Assembly (NCBI GenBank): GCA_965219385.1
Contig: CBDCNM010000002.1
Coordinates: 2,722,936-2,786,935 of the forward strand
From: Candidatus Latescibacterota bacterium
GTDB lineage: Bacteria > Latescibacterota > UBA2968 > UBA8231
Direction of reading: 5' to 3'
DNA: 64,000 bases
Shown: piece after piece, positions 1-9,245 of the stretch
Position numbering within the stretch: position 1 is the first letter of the stretch
Layout of the letters: every line of letters starts with the position of its first letter
Notes under the pieces: generated by a model
Seen by the model: only the letters and a program-made list of their open reading frames with translations
Told to the model about the DNA's origin: nothing
Database searches by the model: none
Program-made: the position numbers and the translations under genes

Positions 1-1049
1 TGGGACAAAGGGGTGAAGGCCTCGGAGTTGGGGTCGTCGGCCCGGGTGGCAAAGCGCCAGGCCGTGGCCTGATGATCGAGGGCGGCCTGGTGCAGTAAGG
101 CGGCCTGTACCGGCAGCGGGAAAAGGGCCCAGAGCAAGCCGCCGGCCCAGTCCAGAGCGTAGCGTTCGAGGTCGTGCCGGTGCAGGGCCGCCACTAGGTG
201 TGCGGCCCTGGCCGGGGGGGCGGAGAAGCGCCAGAGTTGCCCATCCTGGGAGGGCTGCAAGGATTCGAGCTCTCGCAGGTCGCTCCACAGGGCGGCGGAA
301 TCCTCTCCTGCGAGAGCGGATATCTCGGCTTTCAGGTCGCCGGACAGTTTTTCCAGTTGTGCGGCCACGGCCGGTCCCGGCCCTTCGATGCGAACCAGGG
401 TGCGCGCCTCTTGCCTGGTGGCGGCGGGCAGGTAGGCCAGGCCGGTGATTTCGTAGGGCAGGGCGGCCAGTTCGAGCATCAGCCGCAGGGCCGCTTCAAG
501 GGCCTGGCCGTGCACCATCAGGGTCTGCTGGGTTTCGGGCCGCGGCCACACCTTGAAGCAGATTTCGGTGAGCACTCCCAGAGTGCCGAAGGAGCCGCTG
601 AGGACTTTGGGCAGGTCGTAGCCGGTGACGTTCTTGACCACCTTGCCTCCGGCGCGGATGCGCTCGCCGTGGCCGTTGATCATCTCTATCCCCAGGACAA
701 AGTCGCGCAGGGCGCCGGCCTTGAAGCGCCGGGGCCCGGACAGGTTGCAGGCCAGGGTACCACCGATGGTGGCCTGGGTGCCCCAGTGCGGGGGTTCGAA
801 GGCCAGGTGCTGATTTTCCCTGGCCAGGAGTTTTTCTATTTGCCCGAGGGGCATGCCTGGACGGACCACCAGGATCAACTCGCCGGGTTCGTAGCTCACC
901 AGCTGGTTCAAACCGGAGACATCGAGAGGGGATTGGGCCACGACGCGGCGGCCCAGACGCAACTTGGTGTCTCCGGCCGAGATGTGCAGCGACTCGTCGT
1001 CGGCCAAGGCCAGGGCCACGCGTTCCTGTAGGGCTGCGGGGGTGTCCAT
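1..1049 (-). CDS. glcE: Glycolate oxidase FAD-binding subunit GlcE-like (runs off left edge)
   Basis: Manual translation from ATG at 1049: MDTPAALQERV...YEPGELILVVRPG...ATIGGTLACNLSGPRR...GGKVVKNVTGYDLPKVLSGSFGTLG; downstream of glcD. Confidence 0.85.
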   Translation of the reverse strand, partial: MDTPAALQERVALALADDESLHISAGDTKLRLGRRVVAQSPLDVSGLNQLVSYEPGELILVVRPGMPLGQIEKLLARENQHLAFEPPHWGTQATIGGTLACNLSGPRRFKAGALRDFVLGIEMINGHGERIRAGGKVVKNVTGYDLPKVLSGSFGTLGVLTEICFKVWPRPETQQTLMVHGQALEAALRLMLELAALPYEITGLAYLPAATRQEARTLVRIEGPGPAVAAQLEKLSGDLKAEISALAGEDSAALWSDLRELESLQPSQDGQLWRFSAPPARAAHLVAALHRHDLERYALDWAGGLLWALFPLPVQAALLHQAALDHQATAWRFATRADDPNSEAFTPLS

Positions 1050-1051
1050 GT

Positions 1052-1381
1052 TCAGGAAGGAGCGGAAGAGTCCTTCAATTCGACCACGATGTTGCGCCAG
1101 GGAGTGTCGCCGACGTTGATGGCTTCGTGGATGTTTTCGCCGGGGACTTCCGCAAAGTGGACCTCGCCGTCCCGCATGGCCCTGGCCTCCTTTTTGGCGC
1201 CGATGGCATCGGCCCCCTGAAGGTTGCCAGCGCCAATCACCACGAAAAAGTAATCTTCGGTGTGGCGATGCAAGCCGGTGCTTTCTCCGGGCGCCAGGCA
1301 CAGGTCCCAGACCCGGACGCGGTTGTTTTCGAATAAAAGCCGGGTGCCGACCTGGGAAGATACAGCTGGATGGGTAGGCAT
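1052..1381 (-). CDS. Cupin-domain protein
   Basis: LLFENNRVRVWD...PGESTGLHRH...HEAINVGDTPWRNIVVELK cupin pattern; AGGAG RBS. Confidence 0.8.
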   Translation of the reverse strand: MPTHPAVSSQVGTRLLFENNRVRVWDLCLAPGESTGLHRHTEDYFFVVIGAGNLQGADAIGAKKEARAMRDGEVHFAEVPGENIHEAINVGDTPWRNIVVELKDSSAPS

Positions 1382-1395
1382 GGGGATGCTCCTTT

Positions 1396-2883
1396 TTAAA
1401 AGCGTTCCAGTTCGGGGAATTTTTCAGCGCCCTGGTGCACGTGCATCCGGCCGCCCTCGATGCAGCGTCGCAGCACCGGGTAGACCTTGCCCGGGTTGAG
1501 CAAGTGGTCGGGATCGAAGCCGGCCTTGATGCGTTCCTGGGCGTCCAGGTCGGCAGCGCTGAACATGCAGGGCATCAGGTCGCGTTTCTCGATGCCGACG
1601 CCGTGCTCGCCGCTCAGGACCCCGCCTACTTCGACGCACAGTTTTAAAATCTCGGCGCCCAGCTCTTCGGCTTTTTCCAGGTCGCCGCTTTTGTTGCTGT
1701 CGTAGAGTACCAGGGGGTGCAGATTGCCGTCGCCGGCGTGAAAGACATTGGCTACGGGCAGGCCAAAGGGCTCGGACAACGCCTGGATGCGCTTGAGGAC
1801 AAAGGGCAGCTTGGAGCGCGGGATGGTGCCGTCCATGCAGTAATAGTCCGGGCTGATGCGGCCCATGGCCGGGAAGGCGGCTTTGCGGCCGGCCCACAGC
1901 TTGAGGCGCTCCGCTTCGTTTTGGGCCTTGCGGATTTGGGTGGCCCCGCTCTCCCGCAGCAGGTCTTCGAGGGGGCCGAGCAGATGCTCCACCTCGCTGG
2001 CGGCACCGTCCAGTTCCACCAGCAGGAGGGCCTCCACGCCGCGGGGGTAGCCGGCCCCGACGAAATCCTCGGTGGCTTCGATGGAGAGGCGGTCCATAAT
2101 CTCCATGCCGGCGGGTATCATACCGGCGGCTATGATGTGGGCCACGGCCTGCCCGGCGGCTTCGACGCTGTCGTAGACCGCCATCATGGCCCGCGCCAGC
2201 TCGGGTCTGGACAGGAGGCGCAGGGTGGCCTCGGTGGTGATCCCCAGGAGGCCCTCGGAGCCGGTCAGAAGGCCCAGTAAATCGTAGCCGGCGCGGTCCA
2301 TGCCCTTGCCGCCGATGCGCACCACTTCCCCGTCCACCAGCACGATTTCCAGGCCCAGGACATTGTTGGTGGTGGTGCCGTACTTGAGGCAGTGCACGCC
2401 GCCGGAGTTTTCGGCGATATTGCCGCCGATGGTACAGGCCAGTTGGCTCGAAGGGTCCGGCGCGTAATAAAAACCGCAGTCCTGTACTGCGCTGGTCACC
2501 CCCAGATTGGTGACCCCCGGTTGCACGGTCGCGGTGCGGTTCTCCAGGTCAATATCGAGGATGCGGTTCATCCCGGCCAAACTCACGACCACCCCGTCCC
2601 GCAGGGGCAGGGCCCCGCCCGACAGACCGGTACCGGCGCCCCAGGGCACGATGGGGATGCCGGTCTGGTTGCAGATGCGCACAAGGGTGGACACGTCCTG
2701 AGTGGAACGGGGCAGGACCACGGCCATGGGCCGCTGACGGTAGGCCGAGAGGGCATCGCACTCGTAGACCACCAGGTCTTCGGGATGGTGGATGATCTGA
2801 TCCTCCTGGAGATGCTCCTGGAGACGGCGGATCAATTCCCGGCGTTGTTGCAGGCGTTCGGGTCGAGGCTGAGGTAGTTGCAT
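1396..2883 (-). CDS. glcD: Glycolate oxidase subunit GlcD (FAD-linked oxidase)
   Basis: GAGTGLSGG, PDPSSQLACTIGGNIAENSGGVHCLKYG, HAGDGNLHP, GEHGVG, LNPGK motifs. Confidence 0.9.
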   Translation of the reverse strand: MQLPQPRPERLQQRRELIRRLQEHLQEDQIIHHPEDLVVYECDALSAYRQRPMAVVLPRSTQDVSTLVRICNQTGIPIVPWGAGTGLSGGALPLRDGVVVSLAGMNRILDIDLENRTATVQPGVTNLGVTSAVQDCGFYYAPDPSSQLACTIGGNIAENSGGVHCLKYGTTTNNVLGLEIVLVDGEVVRIGGKGMDRAGYDLLGLLTGSEGLLGITTEATLRLLSRPELARAMMAVYDSVEAAGQAVAHIIAAGMIPAGMEIMDRLSIEATEDFVGAGYPRGVEALLLVELDGAASEVEHLLGPLEDLLRESGATQIRKAQNEAERLKLWAGRKAAFPAMGRISPDYYCMDGTIPRSKLPFVLKRIQALSEPFGLPVANVFHAGDGNLHPLVLYDSNKSGDLEKAEELGAEILKLCVEVGGVLSGEHGVGIEKRDLMPCMFSAADLDAQERIKAGFDPDHLLNPGKVYPVLRRCIEGGRMHVHQGAEKFPELERF

Positions 2884-2885
2884 CT

Positions 2886-3902
2886 TCAGATATCCAGTCC
2901 CAGTTCTTGGCTATAGGCGAAAAGGGCCGGGGTGCCTCCGGTGTGGACAAAAACGATGGTGTGGCCCTGATTCCACCAGCCCTGGCGGATGTGGGCGATG
3001 AGTCCGGCCATGGCCTTGCCGGTGTAGGAAGGATCGAGCAGCAGGCCTTCCTGGCGCGCCAGGAAGTGAATGGCCTCGCGGCTCGCGTCGGTGAGGACCC
3101 CGTACGCCGGGCCGGCGAACCCGGCGTAGCTTTCGATGTCCTGCGCGGTAAACTCCAGGTCCATCCCGAGGACGCGGGCACTTTCCGCGGCCAGTCCGGC
3201 CAGGCTTCGGGCGACCTGGTGGTCGTCGCGCGGGCTCGGGCTGATGCCCACGATCCGCAGGTCGAGGCCCAGGGCCCGGGCGCCCACCACCAGGCCCACG
3301 TGGGTGTGAGCCCCCGAACACAGGTAGATGGCATCCGGATGAATGCCGCGCTCCTCGAGCTGGGCCCACAGTTCGAGGAAGCCATCCACGTAGGCGATGC
3401 TGCGGTAGATGGCCGCGTCGCTGCTGGTGTTGAAGGGGTTGTGGCCCTGGGCGCGCAACGCCTCCATGCGGGCCTCGAGGGTTTTGCCCTGGTCCGCGGG
3501 CGCCGGCAGCCGGACCTGGGCCCCGAAGAGGTGGCAGAGCAGGAGGTTGCCCTGCGGCTGGGCGTGGGCGTCGGTGCGACCGACGATCTCGGCCTTGAGG
3601 CCCAGGCGGGCGGCCACGGCCGCGGTCTGGCGCGACTGGTTCGACTGGGCCGCGGCACCGTGGACCAGCACGTCACAGCCTTGTTCCACGGCCTGGGCAA
3701 TGGAGTACTCGAATTCGCGGATCTTGTTGCCGCCAAAGGCCAGGCCGGTCAGGTCCTCGCGCTTGATCAGGATCCGGGGTCCCCCAAGGGCAGCTCTGAG
3801 GCGGGGGAGTTCTTCCAGGGGGGTGGGCAGTGCGGCCAACTGCAAACGCGGTAGCTGGTCCAGCCGGGTGCGGAGCTGGTCTGCCGTGATGATTGGATTC
3901 AT
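2886..3902 (-). CDS. PLP-dependent D-cysteine desulfhydrase / cysteate sulfo-lyase family enzyme
   Basis: KREDLTGLAFGGNKIR, QSNQ, LLDPSYTGKA, HTGG (Thr at both ACC-deaminase diagnostic positions). Confidence 0.85.
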   Translation of the reverse strand: MNPIITADQLRTRLDQLPRLQLAALPTPLEELPRLRAALGGPRILIKREDLTGLAFGGNKIREFEYSIAQAVEQGCDVLVHGAAAQSNQSRQTAAVAARLGLKAEIVGRTDAHAQPQGNLLLCHLFGAQVRLPAPADQGKTLEARMEALRAQGHNPFNTSSDAAIYRSIAYVDGFLELWAQLEERGIHPDAIYLCSGAHTHVGLVVGARALGLDLRIVGISPSPRDDHQVARSLAGLAAESARVLGMDLEFTAQDIESYAGFAGPAYGVLTDASREAIHFLARQEGLLLDPSYTGKAMAGLIAHIRQGWWNQGHTIVFVHTGGTPALFAYSQELGLDI

Positions 3903-4184
3903 GCGCCTGTTCCAGGGTCAATGGGCCTCAAAGAAATACAAAGATCTAAGGTATGTAATTCAGCCAGGTACGGCAAGATTGAAGCGCAACTTCATACCCG
4001 GGCATTTGCTTTTATCAGAGAAGGGGCTTAGATTAGAAATGTTTCGGTACTCGAAGATGAAGGCTTCCCTTCCCATCTGGATCTTACTGCACATCTCCCG
4101 CAAAAAGATAACACCCTGCCAGACCGGCCCCAAGGCCCCTGCGTCAGGCCGTAGAGCATTGCACCCGAGGTTTACAGTAGCGTT

Positions 4185-6473
4185 TTGAATCTGGTTGAGC
4201 CCATTCCCGAGGAATTGGAGAGCCCCCTGCGCGACGAGTTGCACGTCGGCGAACTCCTGCTGATGCTGCTGGCCGCGGATCTGCGCCCGGACGGCATGTA
4301 CGGAGATTCCTGGTTTGTGCTCACGGACGAACGTCTCATGGTACTCCAGGACAATGGGCATATCCAGAGCTTTCCCCTGGAGGAAATCCACCGGGTCCAC
4401 ACCAGGAACTACGTGGGCAACGGCGTCCTGATGGTAGAGCTGGCGGACGAGACCATCGAGCTGGTACGTTTTTCTCAGAGCGCCTACTACAAGTTTTCGA
4501 GTGTGCCGTACGCCGTGGAAGCTGCCAGCGATGTGGGGCGACCCGAGGAAGAGGAAGAAGGGCCCGGGTCGATGCCGGCGCCCCGGCAGGTAGCGCACTG
4601 TGCCACCTGCGGCCGGGCCCTCAGATCCGGCACCACGGTCTGCCCCCACTGCATCCGCAAGACCGAGACCTTCTGGCGGCTCTTTTCCTATGTCCTGCCC
4701 TACAAGGGAGTGGCCCTGGTCGGTTTTGTGCTCACCTTGATGTTCACCGGCCTCAGCCTGCTGCCGCCGCTGCTCAACGGAGTCCTCATCGACCGTGTAA
4801 TCACGCCGGTAATTGTTCAGTACAGCAAAAGCGGAGGAGGAGAAGGGCTAGCATCCACGCCCAGGACTCCGCCGCAGGAGCATGTGGACCTGCTGGTATG
4901 GGTGGTGCTGGGGCTGCTGGGCATCTACCTGGTCAGGGCCCTGGTGGGTGGAGCGCGGACCTATTGCCTGGGCTGGTTGGGACAACGCGTGGCCTACGGT
5001 TTGCAGACCCAGGTCTTTAAACACCTTCAGTTTTTAGCCCTGAGCTTTTACAGCCAGATGAGCACCGGCCGCATCATGACCCGGGTGACCAGCGATACCG
5101 ACCGCATGCGGATGTTCATCACCCGCGGTTTCCAGGATATGGTGATCGCGATTCTGACTCTGGCGGGGATTGGCATAGCCCTGTTTCTGAGGAACTGGCA
5201 GCTGGCCATCCTGGCCCTGATCCCGGTCCCGGTGATGGTCCTGGGGACCTTGTTTTACACCCGGCGGATCCACTGGGTCTTCCACGGCATCTGGCGGCGC
5301 ATCGCCGTGCTCAACTCGCATCTGGCCGATACCATTCCCGGGACCAAAGTGGTCAGGGCCTTTGCCCAGGAGGAGCGCGAGATCGCCCGCTTCGACCAGC
5401 GCACCGAGGAATTGCGCCGATCGCAGATGGAATCCATCAAGATGCGGGCCTACTTTATGCCCTCCATCACCTTTGTCACCTCCATCGGTTCCGTGGTCCT
5501 GTGGTGGTTCGGCGGTAGCCGGGTGTTGGAGGACACTCTGACCCTGGGCGATTTGCAGGTTTTTATCGCCTATATGATGATGTTCTACCAGCCGGTGCGC
5601 GAGCTGTGCACCCTGTCCGAAGGGCTGGAGAGCGCGGCCACCTCGGCCGAGCGGGTTTTCGAGGTTCTGGACACCGAGCCGGAGATCGTCGATCACAAGA
5701 ACGCGGTGGATCCGGGCGCACTGAAAGGGGCGGTGGAATTTTGCCATGTCAGCTTTACCTATGACGGTTTTGAGCGCATCCTCGACCAGATCAACTTTGC
5801 GGTAGAGCCGGGCGAGATGGTCGGCATCGTCGGACCTAGCGGTGCGGGTAAGTCCACCCTGGTCAACCTGATCTCGAGGTTCTACGACGCTACGGACGGC
5901 GAGGTCCTCATAGACGGCATTCCCATCAAGGATATACAGCAACGCAAGCTGCGGGCCCAGATCGGCGTGGTGCTGCAGGAACCGCTGCTCTTCCACGGCA
6001 GCATTGCCCGGAACATCGCCTATGGCCGGCCCGAATCCACCCGCGAGGAGATCATCGCCGCGGCCCGGGCCGCCAACGCGCACAAATTCATCATGAACTT
6101 TCCGGACGGCTACGATACCGAAGTGGGCGAACGCGGCGGCCGGCTTTCGGGCGGCGAACGCCAGCGCATCTCCATTGCCCGCGCCCTGATCGGCCGGCCG
6201 CGCATCCTCATCCTCGACGAGGCCACTAGCTCGGTGGACACCGAGACCGAGTACGAGATCCAGGAAGCCCTGGAACGCCTCACGGCCGGCTGCACCACCT
6301 TTGCGATCGCGCACCGGCTTTCCACCTTGAAGAATGCCGACCGCCTCCTGGTCCTGGAAAAGGGTCGGATCGCCGAGGTCGGCACCCACGAAGAACTGCT
6401 GCTCAAGGACGAGGGGGTCTACCGCCGCTTGGTGGATATGCAGAGCGAGCTGGCCGGGACGAGGGGCGTGTAA
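4185..6473 (+). CDS. ABC exporter (fused TMD+NBD) with N-terminal extension and CxxC..CxxC zinc ribbon
   Basis: GPSGAGKST, LSGGERQR, ILDEATS, IAHRLST; CATC...CPHC before the TM domain. Confidence 0.9.
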   Translation: MNLVEPIPEELESPLRDELHVGELLLMLLAADLRPDGMYGDSWFVLTDERLMVLQDNGHIQSFPLEEIHRVHTRNYVGNGVLMVELADETIELVRFSQSAYYKFSSVPYAVEAASDVGRPEEEEEGPGSMPAPRQVAHCATCGRALRSGTTVCPHCIRKTETFWRLFSYVLPYKGVALVGFVLTLMFTGLSLLPPLLNGVLIDRVITPVIVQYSKSGGGEGLASTPRTPPQEHVDLLVWVVLGLLGIYLVRALVGGARTYCLGWLGQRVAYGLQTQVFKHLQFLALSFYSQMSTGRIMTRVTSDTDRMRMFITRGFQDMVIAILTLAGIGIALFLRNWQLAILALIPVPVMVLGTLFYTRRIHWVFHGIWRRIAVLNSHLADTIPGTKVVRAFAQEEREIARFDQRTEELRRSQMESIKMRAYFMPSITFVTSIGSVVLWWFGGSRVLEDTLTLGDLQVFIAYMMMFYQPVRELCTLSEGLESAATSAERVFEVLDTEPEIVDHKNAVDPGALKGAVEFCHVSFTYDGFERILDQINFAVEPGEMVGIVGPSGAGKSTLVNLISRFYDATDGEVLIDGIPIKDIQQRKLRAQIGVVLQEPLLFHGSIARNIAYGRPESTREEIIAAARAANAHKFIMNFPDGYDTEVGERGGRLSGGERQRISIARALIGRPRILILDEATSSVDTETEYEIQEALERLTAGCTTFAIAHRLSTLKNADRLLVLEKGRIAEVGTHEELLLKDEGVYRRLVDMQSELAGTRGV

Positions 6474-6973
6474 TGCTGGGCCAGGACTACAAGTACGAGG
6501 AACGCGTTCTGGATCCAGACACCCTGCGATTTTACCGCTCTGAGCGCGGCGACCTGGCAGTGAGCCTGGATGGGGAAGAGTTCCGGGATCTCAACATCCG
6601 TCGTGCGTTCCCGCTCGAGTCCTCGACCCGTTTCATTGGTCTTTTCCTGTCTGATGGGGCCGAGCTGGGCCTGCTCGAAGACGTCGAAGGGCTGGATGAG
6701 GACAGCCGCGCCCTCCTGCTCGAAGAGCTGGACAAGATTTACTTTCGACCGCTGATTATCAGCTTCGACCACATCGGCGAAGAATTCGGTGTGGTGCACG
6801 CGGACGTCGAGACTTCCAGCGGCCCCCGCCACATCGAGATTCGCCAGATCCGCAAGAATATCCGCCTGCTCTCCGGCCACCGTGCCCTCATCGAGGACAC
6901 CGACGGCAATCGCTACGAGTTGAGAGACTGGCACCGCTTGCCCAAACTCACCCGCGCAATCCTGGGATTGTAA
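6473..6973 (+). CDS. DUF1854-like protein
   Basis: RRAFPL...LLEELDKIYFRP...VETSSGPR...IEDTDGNRY pattern; TAATG coupling to the ABC gene. Confidence 0.75.
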   Translation: MLGQDYKYEERVLDPDTLRFYRSERGDLAVSLDGEEFRDLNIRRAFPLESSTRFIGLFLSDGAELGLLEDVEGLDEDSRALLLEELDKIYFRPLIISFDHIGEEFGVVHADVETSSGPRHIEIRQIRKNIRLLSGHRALIEDTDGNRYELRDWHRLPKLTRAILGL

Positions 6974-6984
6974 ATCCGCAAGGA

Positions 6985-7797
6985 TCAAGCGGCGAAATAG
7001 GCCTGCATCTTGTCCAGGCCGATGCGGGCCACCTCTTCGGGGTCCCGGGCCCAGAGTTTGGGGTTGAAGAGTTCCAGCGAGACAAAACCCGAATAGCCCT
7101 GCTGGCGGGCGAGGCGTTCGATTTCTTTCAGGGGCCCGATTCCGTCGCCGGGAAAGACCCGGTCGGCGTCGGTCTGTTCGGCGGCTGGTTTAGTGGCGGG
7201 AATATCGTTCCAGTGCCAGATCGCCACCTTGTCGCCGGGCACCTTGGCGATGCTTTCGAGGAGCCCGCCGCCGCGCAGGATGTGGAAGGGGTCCATGACG
7301 AGGGTGGCATCCGGGTGGTCGGCGTCCACCGCGATCCGCCAGGCCTGGTTGATGGTGTACACACTGGCGACAAAACCCAGGTACTCCATGGCGGGGGCCA
7401 CGCCGATTTGTCGTCCCATTTCCAGCAACTCTCGGTAGTTTTCGCCGCCCCGGGACAGGTCCACGGCGTCCATTGCAGGGCTGGCGACGATGTGGGAGGC
7501 GCCCACTTCCACGGCCTGTTGCATGCGCCGGCGAGCCTCGTCGAGGGCCCGGACATGCGCTACGCCGGAGGAACCGAGCCACCCGTGCACGGCAATCACG
7601 GTGGGGACCTGGAGGCCAGCGTCGTCGAGTCTCTGTCTGACTTCCCGGGTGCTGCCGCCGGATTGCACGTGGGCGTTCAGGTCGTCGTTCCACAGCTCGA
7701 TGGCGGCATAACCTAGGGTGCCGGCGATGCGGATTTTCTCCAGCAGGGGCGCCGGGCGGATGGTGCTGGAATTGAGGCAGTACTGAAAAGTGCTCAT
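6985..7797 (-). CDS. Sugar phosphate isomerase/epimerase (xylose-isomerase-like TIM barrel)
   Basis: AMEYLGF, DPFH, HWND, RVFPGDG, SLELFN motifs. Confidence 0.85.
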   Translation of the reverse strand: MSTFQYCLNSSTIRPAPLLEKIRIAGTLGYAAIELWNDDLNAHVQSGGSTREVRQRLDDAGLQVPTVIAVHGWLGSSGVAHVRALDEARRRMQQAVEVGASHIVASPAMDAVDLSRGGENYRELLEMGRQIGVAPAMEYLGFVASVYTINQAWRIAVDADHPDATLVMDPFHILRGGGLLESIAKVPGDKVAIWHWNDIPATKPAAEQTDADRVFPGDGIGPLKEIERLARQQGYSGFVSLELFNPKLWARDPEEVARIGLDKMQAYFAA

Positions 7798-7975
7798 AGG
7801 ATCTCCTTTGTCAGGTAGGGCTACGCGTCAGGCCACGCACCCAAAGTCCCGGCCTTCCACCTAGTGCAGCCGCGCCAGTTCCTGGGCGCCATAAACCAGA
7901 TTCATTCGCTTGACAGGAGGTGGCCCCATTGACGATTTTCAGTTCATAAATTAAAGATAAATCCAGGGTTCGCCT

Positions 7976-8737
7976 ATGACACATCTCAAATCCAACCGCG
8001 AAATCGAAAAGATCCGGGCCAGCTGTCGCATTGCTGCCGAAGCCCTGCTCCGGGTCGCGGAGGAAGTGGCCCCCGAGGTCACGACCCTCAAATTGGACCA
8101 GGTGGCCGATGCCTACATTCGCAAACAGGGGGCCGTGGCCAGCGCCAAAAACTACAGGGGGTATCCCAAGAGCATCTGCGTATCGGTCAACGAAGTCGTG
8201 GTCCACGGCATTCCCGGGGAGAAAAGGCTCCGGGAAGGGGATATTCTCTCTGTGGACATCGCGGCGAAAAAGGATGGCTACCACGGGGATATAAACGTCT
8301 CCATGATCGTGGGCGCGGGAAACGAAGAGACCAGGCATTTGCTCGAGACCACGCGCCAGGCCATGGAACTGGGTCTGCGGGCCTCGCATCCGGGCAACCG
8401 TCTGGGGGACATCGGGCACGCTATTCAGAGCCATGTGGAAGCCCAGGGCTACTCGGTGGTGCGCGATTACTGCGGCCACGGGATCGGTCGCGCCTTTCAC
8501 GAAGAGCCCCAGCTTTTGCATTTCGGCATGCCTGGTACGGGCCGGCGCCTGCAATCCGGCATGGTATTTACGGTAGAGCCCATGGTCAACCAGGGAGGAC
8601 CGGAGGTCCGGGTCCTCGACGACGAGTGGACCGCGCTTACCCAGGACAGCACGCTTTCGGCCCAGTTCGAACACACCGTGGCGGTCACCCGGGACGGCCC
8701 CGATATCCTGTCCAGGTTCGACGATCTGCCCTTCTGA
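7976..8737 (+). CDS. map: Type I methionine aminopeptidase
   Basis: SICVSVNEVVVHGIP, GHGIG..FHEEP, TVEPM, SAQFEHT. Confidence 0.95.
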   Translation: MTHLKSNREIEKIRASCRIAAEALLRVAEEVAPEVTTLKLDQVADAYIRKQGAVASAKNYRGYPKSICVSVNEVVVHGIPGEKRLREGDILSVDIAAKKDGYHGDINVSMIVGAGNEETRHLLETTRQAMELGLRASHPGNRLGDIGHAIQSHVEAQGYSVVRDYCGHGIGRAFHEEPQLLHFGMPGTGRRLQSGMVFTVEPMVNQGGPEVRVLDDEWTALTQDSTLSAQFEHTVAVTRDGPDILSRFDDLPF

Positions 8738-8841
8738 TTGCTGTCTTGTCTGCCCTTGCCCTTTTGCAGGTTTCAGTTATATTGTAAAAGCCTTGGCACC
8801 TGGTGGGAAAACCCGAATATTGCGAGAAAGGAGTAAGGGCT

Positions 8842-9129
8842 ATGGCAGAGGAAGCTTCCGAGGGCTCCGGAGAGGAAGAAGGCACTGATTTTTCGTTTGA
8901 TCCAGGCTCCCAACTCGAACTCGAAGTAGAAGATACCTGCTGTATCACCGGCGAGGAGGTCGCGGCCGGTTTCTGTCGTTTTCCCGACTATCGCCGCGGC
9001 ACCCTCATGGTCATGTCCAAAAAGGGGATGCTCGAGCATCTGCGCGCCGGCACCACCGTTCAGAAATTCAAGGAAGTTCTGGTCGAACGCCACGGCGAAG
9101 GGATACTTGAGGAGTACTCCGGTTATTGA
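8842..9129 (+). CDS. Small acidic hypothetical protein
   Basis: AAGGAG RBS before ATG 8842; followed by a terminator. Confidence 0.7.
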   Translation: MAEEASEGSGEEEGTDFSFDPGSQLELEVEDTCCITGEEVAAGFCRFPDYRRGTLMVMSKKGMLEHLRAGTTVQKFKEVLVERHGEGILEEYSGY

Positions 9130-9164
9130 TGTACTGAGCTTGTAAGAAGGCTTCTTAGACCACG

Positions 9165-9200
9165 AGGGGCAATCCGCAAGGGGATTGCCCCTTTCTTTTT
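9165..9200 (+). terminator. Rho-independent terminator
   Basis: AGGGGCAATCC-GCAAG-GGGATTGCCCCT stem followed by TTCTTTTT, between convergent genes. Confidence 0.8.
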
Positions 9201-9245
9201 GGCTGGCTTCCGGGTAGCGGTTCAGGTGCGATCCAGGAAGCCGTC

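Noticed and set aside
2886..3902. ACC deaminase
   Set aside because: The diagnostic Glu and Leu positions are both Thr (YTGK, HTGG).
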